A stretch of 64,000 bases of DNA from Candidatus Latescibacterota bacterium (GTDB lineage: Bacteria; Krumholzibacteriota; Krumholzibacteriia; WVZY01; JAKEHA01): contig OY970173.1 in NCBI GenBank assembly GCA_963707635.1, positions 96,001-160,000 of the forward strand, in the 5' to 3' direction. This document shows, piece after piece, positions 1 through 10,530 of this stretch (positions are counted from its first letter, which is position 1; each line of letters begins with the position of its first letter). Under the pieces are notes generated by a model. That model was not told where the DNA came from. It saw only the letters and a list, made by a program, of their open reading frames with translations, and made no database searches. Made by a program: the position numbers and the translations under genes.

Positions 1-294
1 CCAGTACCCGATTTCAGTGCTCAAGCGGTTGATATCCTCTCCCGGCCGGAGCCCCACGGCCCCCACGGCGAAGCCGTCGATGTCGATCGCGAACACCAGG
101 TTGAGCCCCTCGGTGGACGCGAGCCGGACCCAGTCCAGCGCGTCGGAGCGGGTGTAGGGGTGCGGAAAGGTGTCCCGAACATTGAGCCAGATGTTGCGAT
201 TGTTGGCGTGCCGAACCAGGGACGGCTCGTCGCCGCGGCGCCACTCCCGCAAGAGACACTTCGACAACTGAAAGCGGATGGGTTCGATTCTCAT
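1..294 (-). CDS. RimJ/RimL-type GNAT N-acetyltransferase (3' end runs off the window)
   Basis: Not in the ORF track. Manual translation from ATG at 294: MRIEPIRFQLSKCLLREWRRGDEPSLVRHANNRNIWLNVRDTFPHPYT...FAIDIDGFAVGAVGL...EIGYW, typical of the Acetyltransf_3 family. Confidence 0.85.
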   Translation of the reverse strand, partial: MRIEPIRFQLSKCLLREWRRGDEPSLVRHANNRNIWLNVRDTFPHPYTRSDALDWVRLASTEGLNLVFAIDIDGFAVGAVGLRPGEDINRLSTEIGYW

Positions 295-410
295 GGGGAA
301 AACAACGGAACTGTCGCGGGCATGCCGTGTTAAATTCGCCGACGCCACCGGACCCAGTATACACGATGGGAGTCCCGGCCCGGCGTGCCGCTCGAATCAG
401 GGAGGGTCGG

Positions 411-1667
411 ATGAAAACGTGGATCGGTTGCGTGTGCGTTTGCGCGGTTCTGGCGGCCACGACGCCGGCGTCGGCCGGCACCTGGGCGGGGAAGGAAACC
501 ACGAAAGACGGCGTCATCCACGTCATGAACCCCGCGACGCCCGCCGATGGCGCGACCGCGCTCGCTCCGCCGGAGCTGTGGCGGGTCGGTGGCGACGACG
601 ACGAGGACATCATCTTCGGCGTGCTGCGCGACATCGCCATCGACCGCAGCGGCAACGTCTATCTCCTCGACGTCCAACTCAACCAGGTGATGGTCTTCGA
701 CCGCGAGGGCACCTTCCTGCGCACCATCGGCCGCGAGGGTGAGGGACCCGGCGAATTCCGGCGGCCGTCGTCGTTCTTCATCACACCCGAGGGGAAGATC
801 GCGGTGGTGCAGGCGATGCCCGGGAAGATCGTGCTGCTGAACGCGGACGGAACCCCGGCCGGCGACTTGAAGACGCCCGACGCGAGCGACGGCGGCATGC
901 GCATGTTCTGGGCGGCGGGCAGCGCCGGCAATTCCGTGGTGCTGGGCACGAACGAATTCTCGCAGCGCGACGGCGCGTTCTACTACGCGGCGCGGTTGCT
1001 CCTGCTCGACGCCTCCGGCAAATCACGGACCGTCCTGCACGAGAAGAGCGGCAAGCGCGACATGGCCAACATGGGCTTCGACGAGAAAGAGTCCTTCCGC
1101 GCGCAGTGGGCCTCGGGCGGCGACGGCCGCGTGTACATCGCGACCGACTTCGACGCGTACCGCATCAACTGCTACAGCCCGTCCGGAACGCTCGAGCGCG
1201 TGATCGAGCGCGAATACGCTCATCGTGACCGCTCAAAAGAAGAGATGGAAGAGAACAAGCCGCGCATCGTGCTTCGCAACGATCGCGGCACGCAACGCCC
1301 GAAGGTGATCGCGAGCCCCACCGACCCCGACGTCCTGCGCATGTTCGCGCGCGACGACGGGTCGCTGTGGGTGATCTCGAGCCACGGCGGCCTGGACGAG
1401 GCCGCGGGGACCGTCGCCACCGCGGATGTGTTCGATGCCAGCGGACGTTTCGTCCAGCAGATCGCGCTTAAGGCCGACGGGACCTTCCGCGACGACGGAC
1501 TCCTGGTCGTCGGCGATCATCTCTTCGTGCTCAAGGAACTGCGCGCGGCCCAACGCGCGATGTTCGGCGGCGACGACGAAGAGCAGAGCCAGGCGGAAGA
1601 GGAGGAGGCGGAGCCGATGTCGGTGGTGTGCTACCGGCTCTCGCCGACCGCCGCCGCGAAGCGATAA
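411..1667 (+). CDS. Secreted NHL-repeat/6-bladed beta-propeller protein
   Basis: Signal peptide MKTWIGCVCVCAVLAATTPASA; NHL-like repeats (DIAIDRSGNVYLLD, IGREGEGPGEFRRP); GGAGG upstream of ATG 411. Confidence 0.8.
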   Translation: MKTWIGCVCVCAVLAATTPASAGTWAGKETTKDGVIHVMNPATPADGATALAPPELWRVGGDDDEDIIFGVLRDIAIDRSGNVYLLDVQLNQVMVFDREGTFLRTIGREGEGPGEFRRPSSFFITPEGKIAVVQAMPGKIVLLNADGTPAGDLKTPDASDGGMRMFWAAGSAGNSVVLGTNEFSQRDGAFYYAARLLLLDASGKSRTVLHEKSGKRDMANMGFDEKESFRAQWASGGDGRVYIATDFDAYRINCYSPSGTLERVIEREYAHRDRSKEEMEENKPRIVLRNDRGTQRPKVIASPTDPDVLRMFARDDGSLWVISSHGGLDEAAGTVATADVFDASGRFVQQIALKADGTFRDDGLLVVGDHLFVLKELRAAQRAMFGGDDEEQSQAEEEEAEPMSVVCYRLSPTAAAKR

Positions 1668-1685
1668 TCCCGGGCGGTTGGGGCT

Positions 1686-2531
1686 CTAGGCGAGCTTGAT
1701 CAGCACCATCCCGGCGACCACCATCGCGATGCCGACCCAGCGCGCGCGGCTCATGCGTTCGTGCAGGAACCGCGCCCCCAGCAGCGCGGCAATCACGACC
1801 GAGAACTCGCGCACGGCGGTGACGTAGCTCACCGGCCCGCGCTCGAACGCAAACAGAATGATCAGGTACGTGATCGGTGATCCCACGCCGATGATCCACG
1901 CCGTCTTCCAGTACTTCCGGTACGCGACAGCGAGCCGGGCGCGCAACCGCCTCCAACCGAACAACGCGAGCAGGGCGGCGCCCACCCCGGTCTCCACCGC
2001 AAGATACACAGTCGGATCCAGCTTCTCCACGCCGCGATCGTCGATCAGCGAGTACCCCGTGATGGTGAGGCCGGCGAGGAGCGCCAGCGCGACCGCGTGA
2101 ATGCGCACGGGCGCGGCGTGGCGCTGGTATCCGAGCGCAAACACCCCCGCGCACACGGCCGCGATCCCAAGCCCGCCCGTCAGGGACAGCGGCTCGCGGA
2201 TGAATAGCATCGAGCCGATCGCCGTGCCGAGCACACCGCTCCCGCGCGCGATCGGATACGCCAACGAAATGTCGCCGTAGCGATACATGCGGGCAAGCGC
2301 CCACCAGTAGCCGCAGTGCACGACGCCGCTTGCGCACGCGATCGCGTATCCATCGCGCGGGAACGGCTTCCCCCACTGGTGCGCGATCGCGGTTGGCAGC
2401 GTGGCCAGGGTCGAGATGGCGGCGCCGAGCCACAGCACGGTGAGGCTCCCGCCGGATCGCTTGGCGAAGAAGTTCCAGGTGGCGTGGAGGACGGCGGCAA
2501 GGAGGATGAGGGCAAGCAGCGAACCGGACAT
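1686..2531 (-). CDS. EamA/DMT family transporter
   Basis: About 10 TM segments; LHATWN, GDISLAYPIARG and VREFSVV motifs. Confidence 0.9.
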   Translation of the reverse strand: MSGSLLALILLAAVLHATWNFFAKRSGGSLTVLWLGAAISTLATLPTAIAHQWGKPFPRDGYAIACASGVVHCGYWWALARMYRYGDISLAYPIARGSGVLGTAIGSMLFIREPLSLTGGLGIAAVCAGVFALGYQRHAAPVRIHAVALALLAGLTITGYSLIDDRGVEKLDPTVYLAVETGVGAALLALFGWRRLRARLAVAYRKYWKTAWIIGVGSPITYLIILFAFERGPVSYVTAVREFSVVIAALLGARFLHERMSRARWVGIAMVVAGMVLIKLA

Positions 2532-2565
2532 GGTGGGCGGGAGCCTACCACACCCGGCGGAGGAC

Positions 2566-5500
2566 TCACATGTTCCTTCGGTACTCCCCGCCCACGTCGA
2601 AGAGCGCGTGGGTGATCGATCCCAGCGAGCACACCTTCGCCGCCTCCATCAGCGCGTCGAAGACGTTCTGATTGTGGACGGCGGCGCTCTGGACGGCGCG
2701 CAGCGCGGTGGCCGCCGCCGCGCCGGAGCGCTCCTCGAGCGCGCGCACGGTCTGGATCTGTTGCTTTTTTTCCTCCTCGGTGGCGCGGATCACTTCGCGC
2801 GGCCGGGTGGTCGGCGAGCCCTCCGCCGACAGGAAGGTGTTTACGCCGATGATGGGCAGCTTGCCGGAGTGCTTGAGGGTTTCGTAGTAGAGCGACTCCT
2901 CTTGTATTTTGCCTCTCTGGTACATGGTTTCCATCGCGCCCAGCACGCCGCCGCGCTCGGTGATGCGGTCGAACTCGACCAGCACCGCCTCCTCGACCAG
3001 ATCCGTCAGCTCCTCGATCACGAACGCGCCCTGGAGCGGGTTTTCGTTCTTCGCCAGCCCCAGCTCACGGTTGATGATGAGCTGGATCGCCATCGCGCGA
3101 CGGACCGATTCCTCGGTCGGGGTCGTGATCGCCTCGTCGTAGGCATTGGTGTGGAGCGAGTTGCAGTTGTCGTAGATGGCGTAGAGCGCCTGCAGGGTGG
3201 TGCGGATGTCGTTGAACGCGATCTCCTGCGCGTGGAGCGAGCGGCCCGAGGTCTGGATGTGGTACTTGAGCATCTGCGAGCGCTCGTCGGCGCCGTACTT
3301 GAGCTTCATCGCCTTGGCCCAGATGCGGCGCGCGACCCGCCCGATCACGCTGTACTCGGGGTCGACGCCGTTGGAGAAGAAAAACGACAGGTTGGGCCCG
3401 AAGGCGTCGATGTCCATCCCGCGCGAGAGGTAGTACTCGACGTAGGTGAACCCGTTCGCGAGCGTGAAGGCGAGCTGGGAGATCGGGTTCGCGCCGGCTT
3501 CCGCTATGTGGTAGCCGGAAATCGACACCGAATAGAAATTGCGCACGTTCTTGCGATTGAAGTAGTCCTGCACGTCCCCCATCAATCGGAGCGCGAACTC
3601 GGTCGAGAAGATGCACGTGTTCTGTGCCTGATCCTCCTTGAGGATGTCCGCCTGTACCGTGCCGCGCACCACCTTGAGCGCGTCGGCCTGGATGCGGTCG
3701 TACACCTCCTCCGGGAGCACCTGGTCGCCGGTCACGCCGAGGAGCATGAGCCCGAGGCCGTCGTTGCCCTCGGGCAGGTCGCCGGCGTAGCGCGGGCGCA
3801 GCGCGTCGCGGCCCTTGTAGAGCGCAGCGATCTTCTTCTTCACGTCGGCTTCGAGACCGTTCTGCCGGATGTGGAGCTCGCACTGCTGGTCGATGGCCGC
3901 GTTGAGAAAATAGGCGAGCAGCATCGGCGCGGGGCCGTTGATGGTCATCGACACCGAGGTCTTCGGATCGCACAGGTCGAAACCGGAGTAGAGTTTTTTG
4001 GCGTCGTCGAGGCAGCAGATCGACACGCCAGAGTTTCCGATCTTGCCGTAGATGTCGGGGCGGACGTCGGGGTCGCGGCCGTAGAGCGTCACCGAATCGA
4101 ACGCGGTCGAGAGCCGCCGCGCCGGCATGTGATGGCTCACGTAGTGGAAGCGGCGGTTGGTGCGCTCGGGGGCGCCTTCGCCGGCGAACATGCGCGTCGG
4201 ATCCTCTTCGGTGCGCTTGAACGGGTAGATGCCCGCCGCGAACGGGAACTCGCCCGGGACGTTCTCGGAGAGGCTCCAGCGAAGCACGTCACCCCACGCC
4301 TGGTAGCGCGGGAGGGAGATCTTCGGCACCTGCGTGTGCGAGAGGCTCTCGGTGTGTGTCTCGATGGCGATGTCCCGCCCGCGCACCCGGTAGGTGAACA
4401 CCGGTTCGCGGTAGCGCGCCTTCTTCGCCTCCCAGCCGTTCACGATGTCGAGACACTCGGGAGTAAGACCGCGCGCGACGCCGGCGTACGTCTCCTCGAG
4501 GTCCTTCACGATCCTATCCCGGTCGGCGGCGCCGCTCGCGCGCACCGTATCGATGGACGTGCGCAGCGCGTAGAGTTTCTGCGCGACCTCCGCCTGCTCG
4601 CCCACCCAGGTGTCGTAGCGCCGGCACGTCTCCGCGATCTCGGACAGGTAGCGCACGCGCGGCGGGCGGGATGATGTAGATCTTCTCCGACATCTCGTCG
4701 GTGGGGTGGAAATTCGACTTCCATTCAGACAGTGGTAACTTGCACTTGGTTACCAGCACGTCCACCACTGCGCGGTAGAGGTTGTTGGTCCCGGGGTCGT
4801 TGAACTGCGACGCGATGGTGCCGAACACCGGAAGCGTCTCGTCGACGGCGTCGAACAGCTGGTGCGCGCGCTTGAATTGCTTGCGCACGTCGCGCAATGC
4901 GTCCAGCGCGCCGCGCTTGTCGAACTTGTTGAGCGCGATCAGGTCCGCGAAGTCGAGCATGTCGATTTTCTCGAGTTGCGACGCCGCGCCGTACTCGGGC
5001 GTCATCACGTAGAGGCTCACGTTGGAGTGATCGACGATTTCGGTGTCCGACTGCCCGATGCCGGAGGTCTCCAAGACGATGAGGTCGTAGCCCGTGGCCT
5101 TGAGCACGTCGAGCGCGTCCTTGACGTGCGCGGAGAGCGCCAGGTTCGACTGGCGGGTCGCGAGCGAACGCACGAAGACGCGGCCGTTGCGGATCGAGTT
5201 CATGCGGATGCGGTCGCCGAGGAGCGCCCCGCCGGTCTTGCGCTTCGACGGGTCGACACACACCACGCCGACGGTCTTGTCAGGAAAATCGATCAGGAAG
5301 CGCCGCACCAGCTCGTCGACCAGCGACGATTTCCCCGCCCCGCCCGTGCCGGTGATGCCGAGCACCGGCGTCTTCGACTCCTTCGCGCGCGCGCGGATCT
5401 TGCCGAGGTCCTTCGCCGCTTCCTCCGGATAGTTCTCCGCGGCGGAGATGACACGAGCGATCGCCACCGGGTCACGGCGCGAGAGCGAATCGACCGCGCC

Positions 5501-5956
5501 GTTCAGGCTCGCGCCGGTGGCGAAGTCGCTCTGCTTGACCACGTCGTTGATCATGCCCTGCAATCCCATCGACCGCCCGTCGTCGGGCGAGTAGATGCGC
5601 GCGATACCGTAGCGCTGCAGCTCCTCTATTTCATTCGGAAGGATCACTCCACCCCCGCCCGCGAAAATCTTGATGTGCCCGGCGCCACGCTGGTCGAGGA
5701 GGTCCTTCATGTACTTGAAGTACTCCATGTGCCCGCCCTGATAGGAGGTCATCGCGATCGCCTGGGCGTCTTCCTGGATGGCGGCGTTGACCACTTCGTC
5801 CACCGAACGATCGTGGCCGAGGTGAATCACCTCGCACCCGGTGGACTGGATGATGCGGCGCATGACGTTGATCGCCGCGTCGTGCCCGTCGAAGAGCGAC
5901 GCCGCGGTGACGATGCGCACCTTGTGGCGGGGTTTGTAGGGTTCTACTGCCTTCAT
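2566..5956 (-). CDS. icmF: Fused isobutyryl-CoA mutase/MeaB-like GTPase IcmF (one frameshift near 4660-4670)
   Basis: B12-binding domain (DGHD), P-loop GTGGAGKSS and NKFD in ORF 4514-6052; mutase domain ([33 protein letters not shown]) in ORF 2566-4656; removing one base gives [16 protein letters not shown]. Confidence 0.92.
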
Positions 5957-6084
5957 GGTACGGTGCGAACCGCGGCTCGACGCCGGGGCCGTCACTCGGA
6001 GTCTAACGAAAGCGCAGCGCCGGGGCAATGGCGGTCGCGGGACGCCTTCCACTCGCCCGTGGTATACTGGTGCCTCTCCTCATC

Positions 6085-7992
6085 ATGTGTGGAATTACCG
6101 GCTTCGTCACTCGCGACCCTCGCGTTACCACCCTTCCCGCCGACCTCGCCGTGGCGGTCGAATGTCTGCGCTACCGCGGTCCCGACGACCAGGGCATCTG
6201 GTTCGCCGACGGGATCGGCCTCGGCCACCGGCGGCTGTCGATCCTGGACCTCTCGGCCCTCGGCCACCAGCCGATGTTCTCGGCCGACGGGCGCCTCGTG
6301 ATGATCTTCAACGGCGAGATCTACAACTTCGGCGACATCCGCAAAGAACTAAGCGCGCGGGGTCACACGTTTCGCGGCACCGGCGACGCCGAAACGGTGC
6401 TGGCCGCGTTCACGGAATGGGGCGACGGCGCGGTGGACCGGTTCCTCGGCATGTTCGCGTTCGCGCTCTGGGACACCCGCGATCGCGTGCTGCACCTGTA
6501 CCGCGACCGTCTCGGCGTGAAACCGCTCTATTATGGATGGGACGGACGTTCGTTGTGGTTCGGATCCGAGCTCAAGGCCCTGCGCGCGTTCACGCACTGG
6601 ACCCCCAGGATCGACCACCAGGCCCTCGGTGAATACTTCCAGTACGGGTACATCTCCGGCCCGCGCAGCATCTACACCCAGGTGCGAAAACTCGAACCCG
6701 GCTGCCGTTTGAAACTGGCGCGCGACGGCGAGCCAGTCGTCGAGCGCTACTGGTCGGTGCTCGACCGCACGCGCGATCGTCTAACCGGGGACGACGACGC
6801 GCTGGAAGCCGAGCTCGAGGCGCTCATGAAAGATGCGTTCCGCCTGCGGCTGGTCTCCGACGTCCCGGTCGGAATGTACCTCTCCGGCGGGGTGGATTCG
6901 TCGCTGGTCACCGCGATCCTGTCGAAAACGGTATCGCAGCCGCTGCGCACCTTCACCATCGGCTTCCGCGAGGACAGTCACGACGAGTCGGCGTGGGCCC
7001 GGCGCGTGGCGGACCACCTGGGCACACGTCACACCGAATACATCCTCGAGGTGCGCGAGGCGCTCGCGATCGCGCGCGGCTGGGGCACGCTCTTCGACGA
7101 GCCCTTTGGCGACTCCTCGGGCATCCCCACCCTGCTGGTCTCGCGCCTGGCGCGCGAAGAGGTCAAGGTCGTGCTCTCCGCCGACGGCGGCGACGAGCTC
7201 TTCATGGGGTACAGCGTCTACGACGACGTGCTCCCGCGGCTGCGCCGTTTCTCGCAGATGCCCGCGGGTCTGAAACAGGCCATCGCCGGCGCGCTCGCGC
7301 GCACGCACGTCGACCTGCTCGATCGCCGGCTGGCGAAGGTGGGAACGCCGGCGTCGGTTCGCGGTCGCATCACCCGCGGCATCCGTCGCTCGCGCGCGAT
7401 CCTGCCGAACGCATCCGTGGGCCGCGTGTACGATGCGGCGGTCTCCTACTGGCTGCCGGAGGAAGTCGTCGAGCTGCTGGGCGCCTACCGGAACCCGCGC
7501 GACCTCGCCGACGTGTTCGAGGGAAACGAGCACGAGCAGATGGGCCTGTGGGACCTGCAGCACTATCTGCCCGGAGACGTGCTGACCAAGGTAGATCGAA
7601 GCACGATGGCCGTCAGTCTCGAAGGCCGCGAGCCGCTGCTCGACCATCGCCTGGTCGAGTTCGCGTTCCGGCTGCCAACGCACCTGCGCAACGGCGCCCT
7701 CGGGCGCAAACACCTGCTGAAGAAGATCCTGTACCGGCACGTGCCGCGTGCGCTGGTCGATCGCCCCAAACAGGGCTTCGCTATCCCGCTGGAGCAGTGG
7801 CTCCGCGACGACCTGCGCGAACTCACGCGCGACTATCTCGCCTCCGCGCGCATCCGAAAGGCCGGCATCCTGGACGACTCGGTGGTCCAGCATGTCGTCG
7901 ATGGGTTCTATCGCGGGGACCGCAAGCTCACCACGCAGCTCTGGTTTCTGCTGGCGTTCGAAATGTGGCGGGAGGAATGGGATCGGGGATGA
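6085..7992 (+). CDS. asnB: Asparagine synthase (glutamine-hydrolysing) family amidotransferase
   Basis: N-terminal MCGI, RGPD, GHRRLSILD, FNGEIYN, LSGGVDSS, DGGDELF, KVDRSTMAVSLEGREPLLD, KQGF. Confidence 0.95.
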   Translation: MCGITGFVTRDPRVTTLPADLAVAVECLRYRGPDDQGIWFADGIGLGHRRLSILDLSALGHQPMFSADGRLVMIFNGEIYNFGDIRKELSARGHTFRGTGDAETVLAAFTEWGDGAVDRFLGMFAFALWDTRDRVLHLYRDRLGVKPLYYGWDGRSLWFGSELKALRAFTHWTPRIDHQALGEYFQYGYISGPRSIYTQVRKLEPGCRLKLARDGEPVVERYWSVLDRTRDRLTGDDDALEAELEALMKDAFRLRLVSDVPVGMYLSGGVDSSLVTAILSKTVSQPLRTFTIGFREDSHDESAWARRVADHLGTRHTEYILEVREALAIARGWGTLFDEPFGDSSGIPTLLVSRLAREEVKVVLSADGGDELFMGYSVYDDVLPRLRRFSQMPAGLKQAIAGALARTHVDLLDRRLAKVGTPASVRGRITRGIRRSRAILPNASVGRVYDAAVSYWLPEEVVELLGAYRNPRDLADVFEGNEHEQMGLWDLQHYLPGDVLTKVDRSTMAVSLEGREPLLDHRLVEFAFRLPTHLRNGALGRKHLLKKILYRHVPRALVDRPKQGFAIPLEQWLRDDLRELTRDYLASARIRKAGILDDSVVQHVVDGFYRGDRKLTTQLWFLLAFEMWREEWDRG

Positions 7993-7996
7993 AAGT

Positions 7997-8104
7997 GCGC
8001 GGGTCCTGTCGCTGACCCACCCCAGAGTGTAGCGGCATCTTGTCGCCCACCCGCTCCGCGCCGCGGCATCCGCCGCGGGGACCCCGTGTCAGCGCCACCC
8101 GCGC
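7997..8104 (+). repeat. Dispersed structured repeat, copy A (with internal insertion)
   Basis: GCGCGGGTCCTGTCGC...CCGCGGCATCCGCCGCGGGGACCCCGTGTCAGCGCCACCCGCGC matches copies at 41877, 44188, 48505 and 50765. Confidence 0.75.
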
Positions 8105-8111
8105 CTGGCGC

Positions 8112-9077
8112 TCAGCGGCCGGCGAGGAGCCGGGCACGCACGCCCATCCGGCCCATCTGCTCGCGCACCCGCCGCGCCGTCGCCACCAACGAACCCGTGT
8201 GCGCGTACACCGTGTACTCGAACGGCACCGCGCCGAAGCTCTGCTTGAAGCGCACGCTGCCGAGACGATCGTTGGGACTCGCGCCCAGGTTCAGCTCGTG
8301 CGCCCCGCGCGCGGCTTCCGCGCGGATGGCGTGGTCGATGAGCGCGTTGGTCGCGCGCAGGTGGAGGAAGCGGTCGTCGTACACCCACATCCAGTCGTAC
8401 GCGCGCTGGCGGTAGCGAAGCACGAGGTTGGCCGCGACCACCGCACCGTTGTGCCGCGCGACGGCGAACGTGGCGAGGCCGGCGGGCACGAGTGACGCGA
8501 GCACGGCGTCGAAGAACGCGCGCGGCAGCGGGCGCGCGCCGTGGCGCGCCACCGTGCGCAGGTGCAGGCGATGAAACGCCTGCATGTCCGCCGGGCGGTC
8601 CGTGATTTCGACGCGAACGCCGCGTTCGACTCCCTGGCGCAATAGCCGCCGGTTGGCGTCGGAGTAGCCCGCCTGGGCCGCGTCGTATCCGCGCGAGACG
8701 TCGACAATGTGCGATGAGACCCGTCGCGCGGCGCCGTTGGCCGACACCATCCGCGCCGAGAAATCGACCACCCGCGCGGACGAGCGCCCGAGCACTTCGA
8801 CGGCGTTCTCGAATTCGACCGGGCCGTTCGGGTGCGGCGTCACTGGTCCGCCGTAGGTGTCGAACGGGAGCGAATACGCCCGCCGCCACGCGCCTTTTCC
8901 CTTGAGCACGAAGGGCAGCATCGTCTCGGAGTTGACTTCGACGAACGCCACCCCGGCGCCGAGGTGTTTCCACACGTCGAGCCACGCCGTGGTCTGATAG
9001 ACGGTGGCGTTGGGACTGTGCGCGACGAGATCGGCGTACCGATCACGAACGGATTGAACATCGGAGAGAAGACGCAA
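8112..9077 (-). CDS. GNAT family protein (FemAB-like/CelD-BcsL type)
   Basis: ATVYQTTAWL, SLPFDTYGG, ELNLGAS and RFKQSFGA pattern of Acetyltransf_6/FemAB-like proteins. Confidence 0.8.
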   Translation of the reverse strand: MRLLSDVQSVRDRYADLVAHSPNATVYQTTAWLDVWKHLGAGVAFVEVNSETMLPFVLKGKGAWRRAYSLPFDTYGGPVTPHPNGPVEFENAVEVLGRSSARVVDFSARMVSANGAARRVSSHIVDVSRGYDAAQAGYSDANRRLLRQGVERGVRVEITDRPADMQAFHRLHLRTVARHGARPLPRAFFDAVLASLVPAGLATFAVARHNGAVVAANLVLRYRQRAYDWMWVYDDRFLHLRATNALIDHAIRAEAARGAHELNLGASPNDRLGSVRFKQSFGAVPFEYTVYAHTGSLVATARRVREQMGRMGVRARLLAGR

Positions 9078-9220
9078 TATCCACCCCGCGTGTTGTCGAC
9101 TCTTCAGGGGGTTCCGGCGGCGGTCGCCGGCAGCGGTAGCAATTCGGGCTGGATGACTCCTCGGGATCGTTGTCCCAGCGGGGGGTTGCCGCTATAGTTC
9201 GGGGCGGCTGTAGCGAAATC

Positions 9221-9925
9221 ATGCGTCAACCGCGCCCCAAAGTCAATCCCCGAACTTCCCTCGCACACGCGCCCCTGCGGGCGTGGGGCTTCGTACGGCG
9301 CCAGATTCTGACTTTGGCCGCGCGGGTCGAGGACCTCCACTTCGATCCCGCGTTCGGCTCGGAGACGCGGCGCATCGTCGAGACCGCCTCCATGAATGAC
9401 GTGACCAGCGCCAACCGCACTCGCGGAATCCGCTACCAGCCCACCCGCGCACTGCCGCTGCGACGCGTGCTGCGGGCCGCGGAGATACCGACGGACGGGT
9501 GCTTCGTCGATCTGGGGTGCGGGAAGGGCCGTGCGCTCATGGTCGCGGTGTTGAGCGGCTTCACCCGGGTGAAGGGCATCGACTACTCGCCGGATCTGTG
9601 CGCCGCGGCGCAGCGCAACCTGGACGAATTGCGAACCCGCTCGCGCCGCGTTTTCGCGGCGGAGGTGCTGTGTCTCGACGCGGCGGACTACCCGTTCACG
9701 CCCGACGATTCGGTGGTGTTTCTCTTCAACCCGTTCGACGCGACCGTGCTCTCGGCCGTGCTCGCCCGGCTGCAGAAGTCGCTCGCGACGCACCCCCGCC
9801 GGGTCTGGATCGTCTACCACTATCCGGCGTGGCGGAGCGTGCTGGACGAAAGTTCGTGGCTGGAATTCGTCGGCGACTACTGGTTCGGGGGGTGCGCGTT
9901 CGCCGTCTATCGAACGCGGGCGTGA
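9221..9925 (+). CDS. Class I SAM-dependent methyltransferase
   Basis: FVDLGCGKGR motif I; FLFNPF. Confidence 0.85.
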   Translation: MRQPRPKVNPRTSLAHAPLRAWGFVRRQILTLAARVEDLHFDPAFGSETRRIVETASMNDVTSANRTRGIRYQPTRALPLRRVLRAAEIPTDGCFVDLGCGKGRALMVAVLSGFTRVKGIDYSPDLCAAAQRNLDELRTRSRRVFAAEVLCLDAADYPFTPDDSVVFLFNPFDATVLSAVLARLQKSLATHPRRVWIVYHYPAWRSVLDESSWLEFVGDYWFGGCAFAVYRTRA

Positions 9926-9932
9926 AGATGTC

Positions 9933-10517
9933 TCACTCGGACGAACGCGTCGCTCGCCCCTTCACGCGCACGTCCTGCACCTCGCCCAGCTTGAGGAAGA
10001 GGAATCTCGGGCGGCTGATCGCGTAGTCGGCCAGCGGCACCGGGAACGACGTCATGAACTCGAGGGTCTGCGGGTCGCGAAGCGTCACGTCGACCGCGAC
10101 GCGCAGCCGGCGGGTGACGCCGTGGAGCGTGAACTGCCCTTCCACCTCGAAGGCCGTCTTGGTTCCCACTGCGAGAGTGGCGCCCTTCGGGCCCAGCACC
10201 GCGGCGCCGTCGAAGATCGCGGTCGGGTACTTCTCCGTCTCGAGGTGATTCTCGCGCATGTGCTGGTTGCGCTTCCCGATGCCGGTGTCGAGGCTGGCCA
10301 TGGCCACCTCGAAATGCACCGTGACGCTGTCGCCGACGGCGGCGGGGTCGACGTCGATGCTCCCCGTGATCTGGTCGGTCTTTCCCTCGAAGGTTTCGGT
10401 CGCAGCCTTCGAGACGAATACGACCTGATTGGGGGCGCCGGCCTTGAGCGCAAAGCGCGCGGCGAACGACGGGGTCGCCACCAGCAGAGCCGCGGCCAGG
10501 CACAGTACGTGTCGCAT
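9933..10517 (-). CDS. YceI family periplasmic protein
   Basis: Signal peptide; LDTGIGKRNQHMRENHLETEKYP and GQFTLHGVTR. Confidence 0.9.
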   Translation of the reverse strand: MRHVLCLAAALLVATPSFAARFALKAGAPNQVVFVSKAATETFEGKTDQITGSIDVDPAAVGDSVTVHFEVAMASLDTGIGKRNQHMRENHLETEKYPTAIFDGAAVLGPKGATLAVGTKTAFEVEGQFTLHGVTRRLRVAVDVTLRDPQTLEFMTSFPVPLADYAISRPRFLFLKLGEVQDVRVKGRATRSSE

Positions 10518-10530
10518 GCGATTTCCCCCG

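Noticed and set aside
2401..4674. Long antisense/shadow ORFs (e.g. 2401-4674, 29079-31073, 42335-44107, 55562-57649)
   Set aside because: Expected in very high-GC DNA opposite real genes; no recognisable motifs
4650..4680. Programmed frameshift or naturally split icmF
   Set aside because: No slippery heptamer; one extra base in a GC run, matching the many other indels in the window
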